Shown piece by piece: positions 10,342-19,606 of a stretch of DNA of 64,000 nucleotides (position 1 is the stretch's first letter; each line of letters opens with the position of its first letter). The stretch comes from a virus, in IMG/VR virus record IMGVR_UViG_3300043409_002109, positions 86,206-150,205 of that record. The stretch is one strand, 5' to 3'. The translations under genes were made by a program, and so were the position numbers. The notes under the pieces were generated by a model that searched no databases, was not told the origin of the DNA, and was given only the letters and a program-made list of their open reading frames with translations.

Positions 10342-12005
10342 TAGACGAGAGCCCCTGTGGTAGCGGCCGATCCGTTAAATCCGGTGGCCAGTTCTGGTAT
10401 TAGGACGGCTGCGATTGCCATCATGAGGAATGTCCCGACGATTGTGCTTCCAACTCGTTTAAGCACCTGACCGTCCGAGACGGCACCCATTGTAAGGCTA
10501 GTAGGGCCTGAAGTTTCTCGGATTCCTCGCACATCAGGATTGGGATAGGTACCGCCCAATTGCCCACCGGCTGCGCCGGTAGGTGTCCGGCTGTCACTCA
10601 GACGTGAATCATCACCAGCAGCAACCGTTCCTGCAGTAGTTCCAACATTCAATATCGCCGCCCCACCAAGTCCAAGTGTAGTGCGGGCCGTTGATGCGTC
10701 AGCATCATCAATCAGTGAAAGTCCGTATGCTGTAGGGGTAGTACCATTAACCCGAGTCACCGTAGCAGCTGGCCAATCACCTGTAATATCACCTGTCGAT
10801 GTTTTGGATAAGGCTGCGATAGTCCCTAGTGTGGGAAGCCCAGAAAGATCTGAATAGGCTCCGGTTGCTGCGACTGTAGCGAGTCCAAGATTCGTACGAG
10901 CCCCTGCCGCTGTACTGCTTCCAGTGCCACCATCTGCTACTGCTACGTCGGTGCCGCCAGGCCGATAGCCGGCATCGGCGTAGGTCTTGGTCGCCTTCTG
11001 CGTGGCTAGCTTAGCGTCTGAGTCGGCAGCGAGAGTACCGTCCGTGTCTACAGTGACAGATACTCCACCGATCTTGGCTACCCCGGGATTTGGATAAGTT
11101 CCAGATAGGTCTCCAGCAGCAGCTCCTGTTGGTGCACGCGAATCAGTAAAGCGTGAATCATCGCCGGCCGCCACAGTGCCTACAGTGGTTCCAACATTTA
11201 GCACGGCTGCTCCTCCAAGCCCAAGATTGGTCCGTGCAGTGGATGCACTTGCGAGGTCGGAGAGGTTGGAGGCTTTCTGCGCTGCGCCTGTAATCCGGGA
11301 GTCATCTCCTGCTGCGACCGTACCAGCGGTTGTCCCTACGTTAAGGACGGAAGCCCCGCCAAGACCGAGATTCGTTCTTGCGTCAGCAGCGCTACTAGCC
11401 CCAGTACCGCCATCTGCTATGGCTACATCTGTTGAGCCTGGGGCGTAGTAGTCTGTACCGGCGGCGGCGGCCGATAGAATGCCAGCCGCAGCCTTAACAA
11501 CCGTAGCTGTAAGACTGGACCTCTTAATAAGTTTGCCAGTTGTCCCATCAAAGATGGAAACTTCAGAATCGACAGAAGAGGAGGGGCCGACAACATCTCC
11601 ACTTCCGCCCCCGCCCCCACCTGTGGCGTTTAAGGTTGTACCACTCATAGAGAGATTAGTCCCAAGAGTTATTTCTTGTGCTACTCCGCTACCTCCACCC
11701 GCCCCTCTTCCGAGAAGTCTCTCTGCAGTAAGAGAAGTTATGGCCCCTATAGAGTGAGTGTGAGAAGCTGGAGTCTGAGGATCTGCTAAAACCCCAGATA
11801 AGCCAGTTACATCAATTTCATCGGCTCCGCCGTTTTGATGTGACGTTTTATGAGCTGCAGCTGTTGCAGCAGTAGAGATGGCAGGGATGCCATCTGCGTC
11901 AAAATAAAGATAACCCTCTTCGTCAGACCCTATCTTTTTATATTCTATTAGAGAATTCTTATAGGGAGGCGAGGTCCGTGCAGTGCTAACTTTTTGGCGG
12001 CGCAT
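10341..12005 (-). CDS. tail fibre-like repeat protein
   Basis: ARTNLGLGGA.(V/I)LNVGTT.GTVAAGDDSR x3, PG.TDVA.ADGGTG x2, GAA.G.L.GTYPNP x2, GGGSGDVVGP. Confidence 0.78.
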   Translation of the reverse strand: MRRQKVSTARTSPPYKNSLIEYKKIGSDEEGYLYFDADGIPAISTAATAAAHKTSHQNGGADEIDVTGLSGVLADPQTPASHTHSIGAITSLTAERLLGRGAGGGSGVAQEITLGTNLSMSGTTLNATGGGGGGSGDVVGPSSSVDSEVSIFDGTTGKLIKRSSLTATVVKAAAGILSAAAAGTDYYAPGSTDVAIADGGTGASSAADARTNLGLGGASVLNVGTTAGTVAAGDDSRITGAAQKASNLSDLASASTARTNLGLGGAAVLNVGTTVGTVAAGDDSRFTDSRAPTGAAAGDLSGTYPNPGVAKIGGVSVTVDTDGTLAADSDAKLATQKATKTYADAGYRPGGTDVAVADGGTGSSTAAGARTNLGLATVAATGAYSDLSGLPTLGTIAALSKTSTGDITGDWPAATVTRVNGTTPTAYGLSLIDDADASTARTTLGLGGAAILNVGTTAGTVAAGDDSRLSDSRTPTGAAGGQLGGTYPNPDVRGIRETSGPTSLTMGAVSDGQVLKRVGSTIVGTFLMMAIAAVLIPELATGFNGSAATTGALV

Positions 12006-12335
12006 TTAGGACTCGTACTCTATCTGAACTGTAGCTTGAGTGGCGACAGAGCCTTTAACGGCAACGTAAAAGGTACCACGCTTGGGATCTGAGCCCTTAG
12101 CTTCTGCGTAAATATTTTCTTCGCTGTCTAAGGGTGATGTAGTTAGGGCATATTCCAAAGGAATATCTAGATCTGATGAGGCCGAAGACGTTTCTCTGAA
12201 AGATACAGCTACGTTTCCAGGATCGTCTAAGATCGCACGTACTCGTTTTATTTGTATTTTTTTAGGTAGAATTATTTCCTCTACTGTCCAAGTAGCACCA
12301 TCTACAGATACTGTAAAGCGTTTACGTGCAATCAT
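12006..12335 (-). CDS. hypothetical protein (small, beta-rich, probably virion)
   Basis: Abuts the fibre gene; AGGA RBS. Confidence 0.6.
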   Translation of the reverse strand: MIARKRFTVSVDGATWTVEEIILPKKIQIKRVRAILDDPGNVAVSFRETSSASSDLDIPLEYALTTSPLDSEENIYAEAKGSDPKRGTFYVAVKGSVATQATVQIEYES

Positions 12336-12342
12336 CTTGTTC

Positions 12343-13602
12343 CTAACTTTGAAGCATTTCTTCTGTAAAGATTAGTGGTGTCGCAGCGCGACCTATATTT
12401 AGAAATCTACTAAATAACAAATTGTATTTTATAGGATCTACATGCGTTATGCCAAGTGCATAACATACGAGACTTCCTGCGGCTGAGCCTCGGCCTGGTC
12501 CACTTACTACATCTAATTCATCTTTAGCGTAATTAATAAACCTACTTACAATCAGGATATAATCTGAGAAACCCATTTTTTTAATTGCTTTTAATTCTAG
12601 TGTTAGTCTTTCTCGATATTCTAGAGGAGGTTTTTCTCCAAATCTTTCTGTAAGTTTTTGCTTAGAAAGTTTGGCTAAATATTCCCAGCTAGTACATTCT
12701 AAAGGCAATGGATATTTGGGGTAGTGGTTGGCTGTATCTTTGAAGTAGCTCTTATCATCTATCATATTGGCAATATGAATTGTATTTTGTAAAGCCTCCA
12801 TTGGAATTCCCTGCTCTTGGGCGCGCAACATCATCCACTCTGGAGAACCAACATGTACATCTATTTCTCCAAAAGTAAATCTCTTAGGATTATACATCGT
12901 ATCATTAGTTTGCATACACAATGCCTGTTCATGCAAGGACTTATGTTCTGGGTGAGTATAGTGCGCGTCGTTAGTAAGAATCAAGGGAAGATTTTTTTTA
13001 GCAGCAATTTCCATAAGACCTTTATTCAAAGCCTGCTGCTCCTCATCCCTATGGAGCTGTAGCTCAATAAAGAATCGATCCTTGAAGATATCGCAGTGAC
13101 CATCGATGAGGCGCTCCGCTTCATCTCTACGGTTAAGGAGAATGAGTTTACTGAATGCGCTTCCGAGACAGGCTGTAGTTGCGATGATGCCTTCGTTGTG
13201 CTCCTTGAGAAGAGCGTCATCGGCCCTTGGCTTGTAGAACATCCCTGAGGTATAGGCGTTGGAGCTGATGGCCATAAGGTTTTTCCAACCCACAGCATTT
13301 TGAGCTAATAGAACTAAATGATAGTACTTCTCCCCCATGGCATCTACTTCGCGGATAGAACGATCTTGGACGGTATAGTAAGCCTCTAAACCTAGGATAG
13401 GTTTTATACCAGTCTTCTTGCATTCTTTATAGAATTTGTATGAGCCTGCGAGGTTACCATGATCAGTGATGGCACAGCTTCTCATTCCCATTTCTTTAAT
13501 CTGAGAAGGGAGTTGGTGTATCCGATTAATCCCGTCTAATGTGGAGGTCTCGAAATGGCAATGAAGATGACAGAAAGAATCTGTATTATCTGAAGTAGTC
13601 AT
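12343..13602 (-). CDS. dnaE: DNA polymerase III alpha, N-terminal fragment (PHP domain plus start of palm)
   Basis: HLHCH..S.LDG, AITDHGN, GLEAY, HLVLLA, TACLG, TNDAHY, GPGRGSAAGSLVCYALGIT, FSRFLN; stop 14 aa after IGR. Confidence 0.93.
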   Translation of the reverse strand: MTTSDNTDSFCHLHCHFETSTLDGINRIHQLPSQIKEMGMRSCAITDHGNLAGSYKFYKECKKTGIKPILGLEAYYTVQDRSIREVDAMGEKYYHLVLLAQNAVGWKNLMAISSNAYTSGMFYKPRADDALLKEHNEGIIATTACLGSAFSKLILLNRRDEAERLIDGHCDIFKDRFFIELQLHRDEEQQALNKGLMEIAAKKNLPLILTNDAHYTHPEHKSLHEQALCMQTNDTMYNPKRFTFGEIDVHVGSPEWMMLRAQEQGIPMEALQNTIHIANMIDDKSYFKDTANHYPKYPLPLECTSWEYLAKLSKQKLTERFGEKPPLEYRERLTLELKAIKKMGFSDYILIVSRFINYAKDELDVVSGPGRGSAAGSLVCYALGITHVDPIKYNLLFSRFLNIGRAATPLIFTEEMLQS

Positions 13603-13605
13603 GAT

Positions 13606-13872
13606 TTACCAACAAACCCATAAATTGAAGTCGCGAGGATATCCAGCATCAATGAGCCTCTGCGCTAGATCTATTTCTTCTTCACTAAAGATATTTTTAT
13701 TATCTAATGTGAATCCTGGAGAAACAGATGTCATTTCGCCGTTGCTATTCTCATCACTTACTAACAAAATTAATTCTTGTTCAGTCCAGCCACGGCCGCG
13801 AAGATCGTTTTGGAATTCACTCCAATTAAAGTAGGAAATTCTATGTATTTTAATAGGTGCTTTTGTTTTCAT
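13606..13872 (-). CDS. hypothetical protein, paralog of 13932..14210
   Basis: Shared SY.N..E....L...GWTE.E...L...NG.MT...L.Q.L...GYP..FN.W. Confidence 0.7.
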   Translation of the reverse strand: MKTKAPIKIHRISYFNWSEFQNDLRGRGWTEQELILLVSDENSNGEMTSVSPGFTLDNKNIFSEEEIDLAQRLIDAGYPRDFNLWVCW

Positions 13873-13931
13873 TTTGGTATTTACTCCTTACCAAGGGGTT
13901 TATGAAGAGGACTAGTCCTCCATATGATCCT

Positions 13932-14210
13932 TTAGAAAATCCAAATGTTGAAGTGACTAGGATATCCCCCAGCCATCAATTTTTGGTCTAACGGATCTTC
14001 GCTATTTGAGTCAAAACTATAAGTAGTCATAGTTCCATTAGGAATTTTGGGGTTGATTAAAGTATCAACTTCAAGTTCAGTCCATCCTGTATGCAGTAAG
14101 TGAATTTTTAGTTCAGTAGAATTATAATAAGATAAACTCCGTACAGGGACTGTTGGTATTGAATTGTACTCTGGGAATAAATTAAGTTGCTCTGGCATAG
14201 TTGTATCCAT
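13932..14210 (-). CDS. hypothetical protein, paralog of 13606..13872
   Basis: Same shared motif as its tandem neighbour. Confidence 0.7.
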   Translation of the reverse strand: MDTTMPEQLNLFPEYNSIPTVPVRSLSYYNSTELKIHLLHTGWTELEVDTLINPKIPNGTMTTYSFDSNSEDPLDQKLMAGGYPSHFNIWIF

Positions 14211-14619
14211 GTAGTTTCATTAATTGAGTACGTAGTACATCAGCACGCATCTCGCGCGCGTCGTAACACTCAAGCTCAGCCACCACCTGATTGATCCAAT
14301 CTTCTTGTATCTGGTGAAGATCTCTCTTTATCTCAGGGGCAGGAGGTGTTGGTGTCGAGACTGGTGCGGAGGAGAAGTCTCTGGCATCATAAAATAGCGG
14401 TGCATATTTTTTTATCCAACTCTCAGACATGTCTAGGGGATCAAGAAGAGATCCCGGATCCTTGCCCGTCTCACTGCTGAATGTTCCGACATGGAAATTG
14501 TTTATCTTTGGAAATTTTACTGTAATCATGTTATCTCTTTCTCTTTGGAAGGTTTTAAAGTCTTTCCCATATATTTCTTCGGCTATCATTTTGAGTGCTG
14601 CGTAATCATCGTTATGCAT
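14182..14619 (-). CDS. hypothetical protein
   Basis: Operon packing. Confidence 0.6.
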   Translation of the reverse strand: MHNDDYAALKMIAEEIYGKDFKTFQRERDNMITVKFPKINNFHVGTFSSETGKDPGSLLDPLDMSESWIKKYAPLFYDARDFSSAPVSTPTPPAPEIKRDLHQIQEDWINQVVAELECYDAREMRADVLRTQLMKLHGYNYARAT

Positions 14620-14854
14620 TTGGATCCCAGACTGTTAGCACTTTAGTGCAGCCTTTGCAGAATGAACCTAGATGTTGGGTCGGAACTGTAGAACTAATCT
14701 TTGGAACGTCGTAGAAGAAACTTATACAATAATATCTTTCACATCTAATACATTTGCCATGATTGTTAAGAATAGTTCGCTTGTCATTACAGATTTCTAA
14801 AAGCAATTTACCTGTAATAGAACACTTTATGTGTCTAGCTATGCTGGAGGACAA
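14612..14854 (-). CDS. small Cys-rich (zinc-binding) protein
   Basis: CIRC and CKGC pairs. Confidence 0.5.
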   Translation of the reverse strand: MSSSIARHIKCSITGKLLLEICNDKRTILNNHGKCIRCERYYCISFFYDVPKISSTVPTQHLGSFCKGCTKVLTVWDPNA

Positions 14855-15866
14855 GATCTTTTAATACCTGAAGCTCGTCTGGATGGGTTCTATACCATGT
14901 AAAACAAGCTTCTTTGCCTTTCGGCATATCTAAAGAAGGGGCTATCCATTCTTCTTTTTCTAGGTCTAGTCGGATTTTGGATTGACCCGCACTATGGCGA
15001 ATGAATCCTAAGGTACGTGCCATCTCCAAAGCTTCAGCAACAGGATCTGTTCCTCGGCCATAGTAGAATGTGAACTCGACACCATCTTTTATACTGTGTG
15101 GTTTCCCACACTTATTCTTCTTTACCTTCACATGCATGATGAAGGCGCCGGGGTTATCAGTACAAGGTTTAGACTTAAGAACTTCTAGTCTTACTGAAGA
15201 AAAATATGGAAGAGCATTGCCACCCGGCGAGGTACGGGGGTCGCCATATGTGACTCCCGGCTTATAAGTTATATGATTAATAAATACATAAGTCGTATTT
15301 GTCTCTTCACTAATCTTTGAGATTTGCCTCATGGCCCAGTGCATCATCTTGGATACACCACCGACAAGGCTTTCTCCTGCCTCCTTCTGTATCTCGGCAG
15401 CCGCTTGCATTGCACCAACCGAGTCAAGCAAGACGAAGCCTATCTTTCCTGTCTTGGGCAAGTCTATTGCAATCTGAAGTGCCTCTTCAGCGCTTGTGGG
15501 ACGTACATGTAATACCTTCTCGGTATTAATACCAAAGCCCTGCATAAACTCTTCAGTGATCGTCTGCTCTAGATCGATGATAAGATCAATTAGATCTGAA
15601 TCACTTGGTCGAGATGCCTGATCGTTGGCTAGTATCTGTAAGGCCAGGGAGGTTTTTCCACTGCTGGGCTCTCCTAGGATTTCGGTTACACGCCTACTAG
15701 GTATGCCTCCTATGCCTAGAGCTGCATCTAATGCATCTGAGCCGGTAGGGATACCTGGTGGAGCAGAGAAAGCTTCTTCACTGAAGACACTCTTTTCAAA
15801 CTTCTTGTTTACTTGCGCGATCATGGCATCCACTTCTGGGATGCCAGTTATCTTTTTATTTGCCAT
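14835..15866 (-). CDS. recA: RecA recombinase
   Basis: PTGSDALDAALGIGG, Walker A GEPSSGKT, LDSVGAM, FINH, PGGNALPYFSSVRL, KKNK. Confidence 0.95.
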   Translation of the reverse strand: MANKKITGIPEVDAMIAQVNKKFEKSVFSEEAFSAPPGIPTGSDALDAALGIGGIPSRRVTEILGEPSSGKTSLALQILANDQASRPSDSDLIDLIIDLEQTITEEFMQGFGINTEKVLHVRPTSAEEALQIAIDLPKTGKIGFVLLDSVGAMQAAAEIQKEAGESLVGGVSKMMHWAMRQISKISEETNTTYVFINHITYKPGVTYGDPRTSPGGNALPYFSSVRLEVLKSKPCTDNPGAFIMHVKVKKNKCGKPHSIKDGVEFTFYYGRGTDPVAEALEMARTLGFIRHSAGQSKIRLDLEKEEWIAPSLDMPKGKEACFTWYRTHPDELQVLKDLVLQHS

Positions 15867-15870
15867 GGTT

Positions 15871-16548
15871 TTATCCTAATTTACTTTCATCTAAGGTATA
15901 CGTGCCGTCCGCTGAGGTGTTGAGAGGTTGCTGAAGATTAGCGTAGGCAGTACCTATGTAATACCAGATCGTATTCCAACATGCATCAGTGGGTGCAGCT
16001 TGCACAAGGCGAGCTATAGCCATTTCTTGATTTGTGGGAACTCCACCATATAGATCTGCACAAGCTCCTTTACTTTTGTGGTCTAATAAATACATTTCAC
16101 ATACTAGTGCGCGAAGATCAATAAACTTTACCTCTTCAGAAGGTCTACTTTCAATAGGTAAATTCAGTTGTCTATGGACACTACGTTCAGCTTGGTCTTC
16201 TAGTCTGCAATAATCTGGAATATATTTTTTGAGACCTGCAGGGATATCAGCCATATAGATCTCGTGAAAATCATGCATAGAAGAATAGCCAGGTGTTAAC
16301 GGACTAGAGATTTTCTTAGTTTCCCAAAGGTGATGAAAAGCCAATCTACTGCACAGAGCAAGGTGTCGGACAAGAACCCAGTCTAGGTGCCCAACATACC
16401 TGCGGATATTACTTGAAGCTACCCTCACGTCCTCTATGGCAAAAGGGAGGCTATCCAGGTCATCATAAAATACATGTTGACCTGTAAAAGTTGTCATATC
16501 AGGGTGTCTGGTCATTCCGTTTTCTTCCTCGTCTACTCGGCGAATCAA
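15871..16548 (-). CDS. HD-superfamily (deoxy)nucleotide phosphohydrolase, YfdR/YfbR-like
   Basis: IRRYVGH...VRH, MHDFHEIYMADIP..LK, VKFID...L..E. Confidence 0.75.
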   Translation of the reverse strand: MIRRVDEEENGMTRHPDMTTFTGQHVFYDDLDSLPFAIEDVRVASSNIRRYVGHLDWVLVRHLALCSRLAFHHLWETKKISSPLTPGYSSMHDFHEIYMADIPAGLKKYIPDYCRLEDQAERSVHRQLNLPIESRPSEEVKFIDLRALVCEMYLLDHKSKGACADLYGGVPTNQEMAIARLVQAAPTDACWNTIWYYIGTAYANLQQPLNTSADGTYTLDESKLG

Positions 16549-16777
16549 CTGGAAGGAGATTATCCAACCGTTGTTCTTGTGCGTTGAGTAGTAATTCTAA
16601 TGTTGTTATTCTTTCGGTCAGACTATTGTTTCTTGCTATGAGTTCTAATTGATCTGTGGCCTTCGGGGCCGCTAACTCTAGTCTGACTACATTAATCAGA
16701 TAATGCAGCTGAGCCGAAGGCAACATATCGTCTCTGATATATCTACATAGGTGATTAAATGCTTCTGTTCCTGTCAT
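16499..16777 (-). CDS. hypothetical protein
   Basis: Operon packing. Confidence 0.55.
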   Translation of the reverse strand: MTGTEAFNHLCRYIRDDMLPSAQLHYLINVVRLELAAPKATDQLELIARNNSLTERITTLELLLNAQEQRLDNLLPVDSPSRRGRKRNDQTP

Positions 16778-17037
16778 AGTTTTCCTCTTAATAGTTCTGC
16801 TGCTTCTGTGTAGGGTGCTTTAGGAATCTCATCACATACAAGAAGAGTGTGAGGTGCTTTAGCAGAGGTCTCTATTTTAGAGCTATCAGTAATATGAAGA
16901 TCTGTGTATTTGATCTTCACTCGTTTTTCTGTTAAGCCTTCTACGATACCCATGATCCATTTGAATCCTCGGTATTTAGTTTGCACTGAGAGTACATAGC
17001 TACCAACCTGGATTTCATTACCAATCATATCTGTCAT
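16774..17037 (-). CDS. hypothetical protein (D..G.EI.VG SH3-like phage family)
   Basis: MTDMIGNEIQVGSYV start pattern. Confidence 0.55.
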   Translation of the reverse strand: MTDMIGNEIQVGSYVLSVQTKYRGFKWIMGIVEGLTEKRVKIKYTDLHITDSSKIETSAKAPHTLLVCDEIPKAPYTEAAELLRGKL

Positions 17038-17414
17038 GGTTTCACCTTGAAGGGTCGGTCATCCCTTTCTTGATTTGTGCGTTCGTATTCCAATAAGAAG
17101 GTAAGGTTGCACATAGCATGAGCAAGGTGAGATAAGCCTGATTCAGGATCAGTATTTTCTCCTTGGTACCATGCCTGGATGTGTCTCATGGCAGATGCAT
17201 AGCATCTGCTCCAAGCCATTCCCCCGTCATTTCTCCAGTTCGAATCACCATATTTGGCGGCACCTCCGGATAGAACAGCAACAAGATCTTCTATTGCTTT
17301 AGGAGGTAGTAGGTCGTATCTAAGTTTTCCTTTATCTGCTCTTCCTGCTTTGCCAGTCGGATCAACTACCATAAGATCGCTTAGTTGAGCACGGTCTATA
17401 TTCCATTCTTTCAT
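17034..17414 (-). CDS. dATP/dGTP diphosphohydrolase domain protein (DUF5664-like)
   Basis: D.GKLRYDLLP...GAAKYG..NW...W...YASAMRH..AW..GE..DPESGL.HLAHA.CN. Confidence 0.85.
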   Translation of the reverse strand: MKEWNIDRAQLSDLMVVDPTGKAGRADKGKLRYDLLPPKAIEDLVAVLSGGAAKYGDSNWRNDGGMAWSRCYASAMRHIQAWYQGENTDPESGLSHLAHAMCNLTFLLEYERTNQERDDRPFKVKP

Positions 17415-18022
17415 TTCTGATATCTCTTTAAGGTATTGGTATCTTGATTCCAGGTAGCGAAATTAACTCTACCTTCTACGATGGCGTCTCTGATGCGCCG
17501 CTGAGTCTTGTTCAGATCAGCTTCTCCAGTCTTAATATCGAGGAAAAGCACTTCATCTATATGGTCTTGGGTGCCATCCTTGATGGCAGTGCTACCTGCG
17601 AAGATTAAATAGTCTACTGGATTCCCTAGATGGTTATAATCCCTGGGATTAAATTCCATTTGAAAGGGAGCGAAATGCTCAGCAGTAAAACCTTTCTGTA
17701 CTTGTTTAGACTTTGCAATTGCCTCAGTCCGAATACGTTCTGATTCTTTGGCAATAAATAAGGAGGCGCTTGTATGAGCTTCCTGTGTTGCTGTAGCAAG
17801 CTGGAGTTGTAGTTCTCTCCTTTGTTTAAGGAGATCGTTTTTTGTTAATTCTATTTCTGTAAGAAGTGCTGTTTTAGAACTGAGAAGAGCTTGATCGGCT
17901 TTGAGTTTAGCTTCCAAAAGATCAATCCGCTCCTTTCTTTTTCGTAGATGATCAGAAGTTGCTGCTGCATGGAATAGAAGTAAAAGGACGAGCCCAGCTA
18001 GGATGCTACTTAAGATTATCAT
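17411..18022 (-). CDS. archaeal Holliday-junction-resolvase-related endonuclease with N-terminal TM helix and coiled coil
   Basis: E.FAPF...P.D...LG.PVDY..F.G...F.DIKTG...L...QR.IRDAI..GRV. Confidence 0.8.
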   Translation of the reverse strand: MIILSSILAGLVLLLLFHAAATSDHLRKRKERIDLLEAKLKADQALLSSKTALLTEIELTKNDLLKQRRELQLQLATATQEAHTSASLFIAKESERIRTEAIAKSKQVQKGFTAEHFAPFQMEFNPRDYNHLGNPVDYLIFAGSTAIKDGTQDHIDEVLFLDIKTGEADLNKTQRRIRDAIVEGRVNFATWNQDTNTLKRYQK

Positions 18023-18641
18023 TTATAACTAATGTCTCATAGAGAAGCTCAGAGAATTCTTTGCGGGATTTTGCGGAGATCTTCATTTCAAGGAAGTCCC
18101 ATATGATATTAAGAATCGCTTCTACGAATTCTCTTTGACCTTGAGCTGTTTTTTTATTTACATAGATAACTCGTTCATCGAAATCTATTTGATGTCCATC
18201 TTTCTCTTGGTGTTCAGTGTACCAAGGAGTAGATTTTATTGTGATGATTGGTGGTATTTTAATCAAAATTTCCTTTTCCTCTGGTTTCCAATGTTCAAGA
18301 GAGGATTCCCTTAAGTATCTATGCAAGCCGGGGATATCTGTTCTGTCTCTGTCTGTAGCTATCTTTAAGAAGCCCTCCAGATCTACAGGTAGGTTATCAT
18401 CATCGACGAATTCACCAACGATATAGTCTGGATCAAAGAACATATCTGCTGAGTCCATAAAGGCCTCTAATAGATAGCGCCTATCCCTATGAGCTGGATG
18501 TTGAAGGCGCACATAATCGAGCATTGCTTGCCAAAGAACCTTTTCAGCTAGCAACTGGTAATCATCTCTTAGAGTTTCATCTAATTCTAAATCATTATCC
18601 TTCATCATCGTCATCATCTGATGGTTCATGAATGTTTTCAT
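18006..18641 (-). CDS. hypothetical protein
   Basis: 211-aa ORF in the operon. Confidence 0.65.
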   Translation of the reverse strand: MKTFMNHQMMTMMKDNDLELDETLRDDYQLLAEKVLWQAMLDYVRLQHPAHRDRRYLLEAFMDSADMFFDPDYIVGEFVDDDNLPVDLEGFLKIATDRDRTDIPGLHRYLRESSLEHWKPEEKEILIKIPPIITIKSTPWYTEHQEKDGHQIDFDERVIYVNKKTAQGQREFVEAILNIIWDFLEMKISAKSRKEFSELLYETLVINDNLK

Positions 18642-18858
18642 CCAACCAAGCTTCAGTAGACATCCCTAGAAGAAGAGATAGGAATGCTTCTCCGTTGGGA
18701 GTCTCCTTTAGAGCGCAAAACAGATCCATCAGTTCATTCGCATCTTCTGGAATAAGGTCTAATTGATTTTGTACGTCATCGACAAAGAGCACTGCGAAAT
18801 CTGCTTCTCTGCCTCTGAACACTCTAAATATTTGTTCGTTACGTCTAGCGCTTCTCAT
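18595..18858 (-). CDS. hypothetical acidic protein
   Basis: ORF with acidic tail. Confidence 0.6.
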   Translation of the reverse strand: MRSARRNEQIFRVFRGREADFAVLFVDDVQNQLDLIPEDANELMDLFCALKETPNGEAFLSLLLGMSTEAWLDENIHEPSDDDDDEG

Positions 18859-18975
18859 TGATTCTCTCTATTAAGATCTTTATATTTTTCTTTATCTTAG
18901 ATTGCTTGGTTTTAGAATTCTTAAGTGCCAAAGCTCTTAGGAATATTTCTGTAATTTCTTTAGAAGAAGACATGG

Positions 18976-19539
18976 TTACTCTCTCAGTTTGAGTTCTAAG
19001 TGCATTAAGAACCCTAGTTGCTCTAATGTCTTACGTATTTCAATAAGTGTATCTTTTTGATCCTTGAAGAAATCTTTAGCAATTTTAGAAGCTGTTTTCA
19101 TATAGCCTATGTCTAAACAGGTGTCAGCCATTTGAGATATGACAGAACTTGCAGGACGACGAGCTTTATTTGTTTCGTATCTCTTTACAAGAGCTGTTGT
19201 AATATCAGCTTTTTTCACTTGGCTTCCCTCTGTCAGGGCAGTAAGCATAGAGTTGGCACGAGAATAAAGAACGTGAGCAGTTTGAAGTTTTCTTAGAAGT
19301 TCAATATATATTGAGCGTAAGTCGTCAGGGCTAGGGTCCTTCGGAATACGAATAGATAAATCAATTCCCCATTCTTGTAAAGTCTTATCGTAAAATTTAT
19401 AGCTCTCTATGAAATTTTGTGTTGCCGCTGAATGTTGTTCAGCAGAAGCTAATACCTCTGAGATCAAATCTTCTGGAGTATATCTGTCTGTTTCAATGGT
19501 TTCATTGTCATCTTCTTCTTCGTCTTGATCTAATCTCAT
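18976..19539 (-). CDS. helical hypothetical protein (possibly a UvsY-like recombination mediator)
   Basis: All-helical pattern; lies between SSB-like genes and RecA. The UvsY idea rests on context only. Confidence 0.45.
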   Translation of the reverse strand: MRLDQDEEEDDNETIETDRYTPEDLISEVLASAEQHSAATQNFIESYKFYDKTLQEWGIDLSIRIPKDPSPDDLRSIYIELLRKLQTAHVLYSRANSMLTALTEGSQVKKADITTALVKRYETNKARRPASSVISQMADTCLDIGYMKTASKIAKDFFKDQKDTLIEIRKTLEQLGFLMHLELKLRE

Positions 19540-19562
19540 TTATTTTCCTATGATTGAAATGA

Positions 19563-19589
19563 AGAGGGGGAGGCTATGCCTCCCCCTCT
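19563..19589 (-). terminator. GC-rich hairpin after spoVG-like gene
   Basis: AGAGGGGGAGGC-TAT-GCCTCCCCCTCT with a pyrimidine-rich tail on the minus strand. Confidence 0.6.
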
Positions 19590-19606
19590 ATTAAGCTAGA
19601 AGTAGT

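Noticed and set aside
10341-12005. DNA repeats as a CRISPR array or DGR template/variable repeats
   Set aside because: Repeats are in-frame protein repeats with synonymous divergence; no reverse transcriptase in the window
7577-12400. Split intein or trans-splicing joining the dnaE halves
   Set aside because: No Cys/Ser-initiated intein N-block after the N-fragment, no His-Asn before the C-extein, and no group II intron domain V seen
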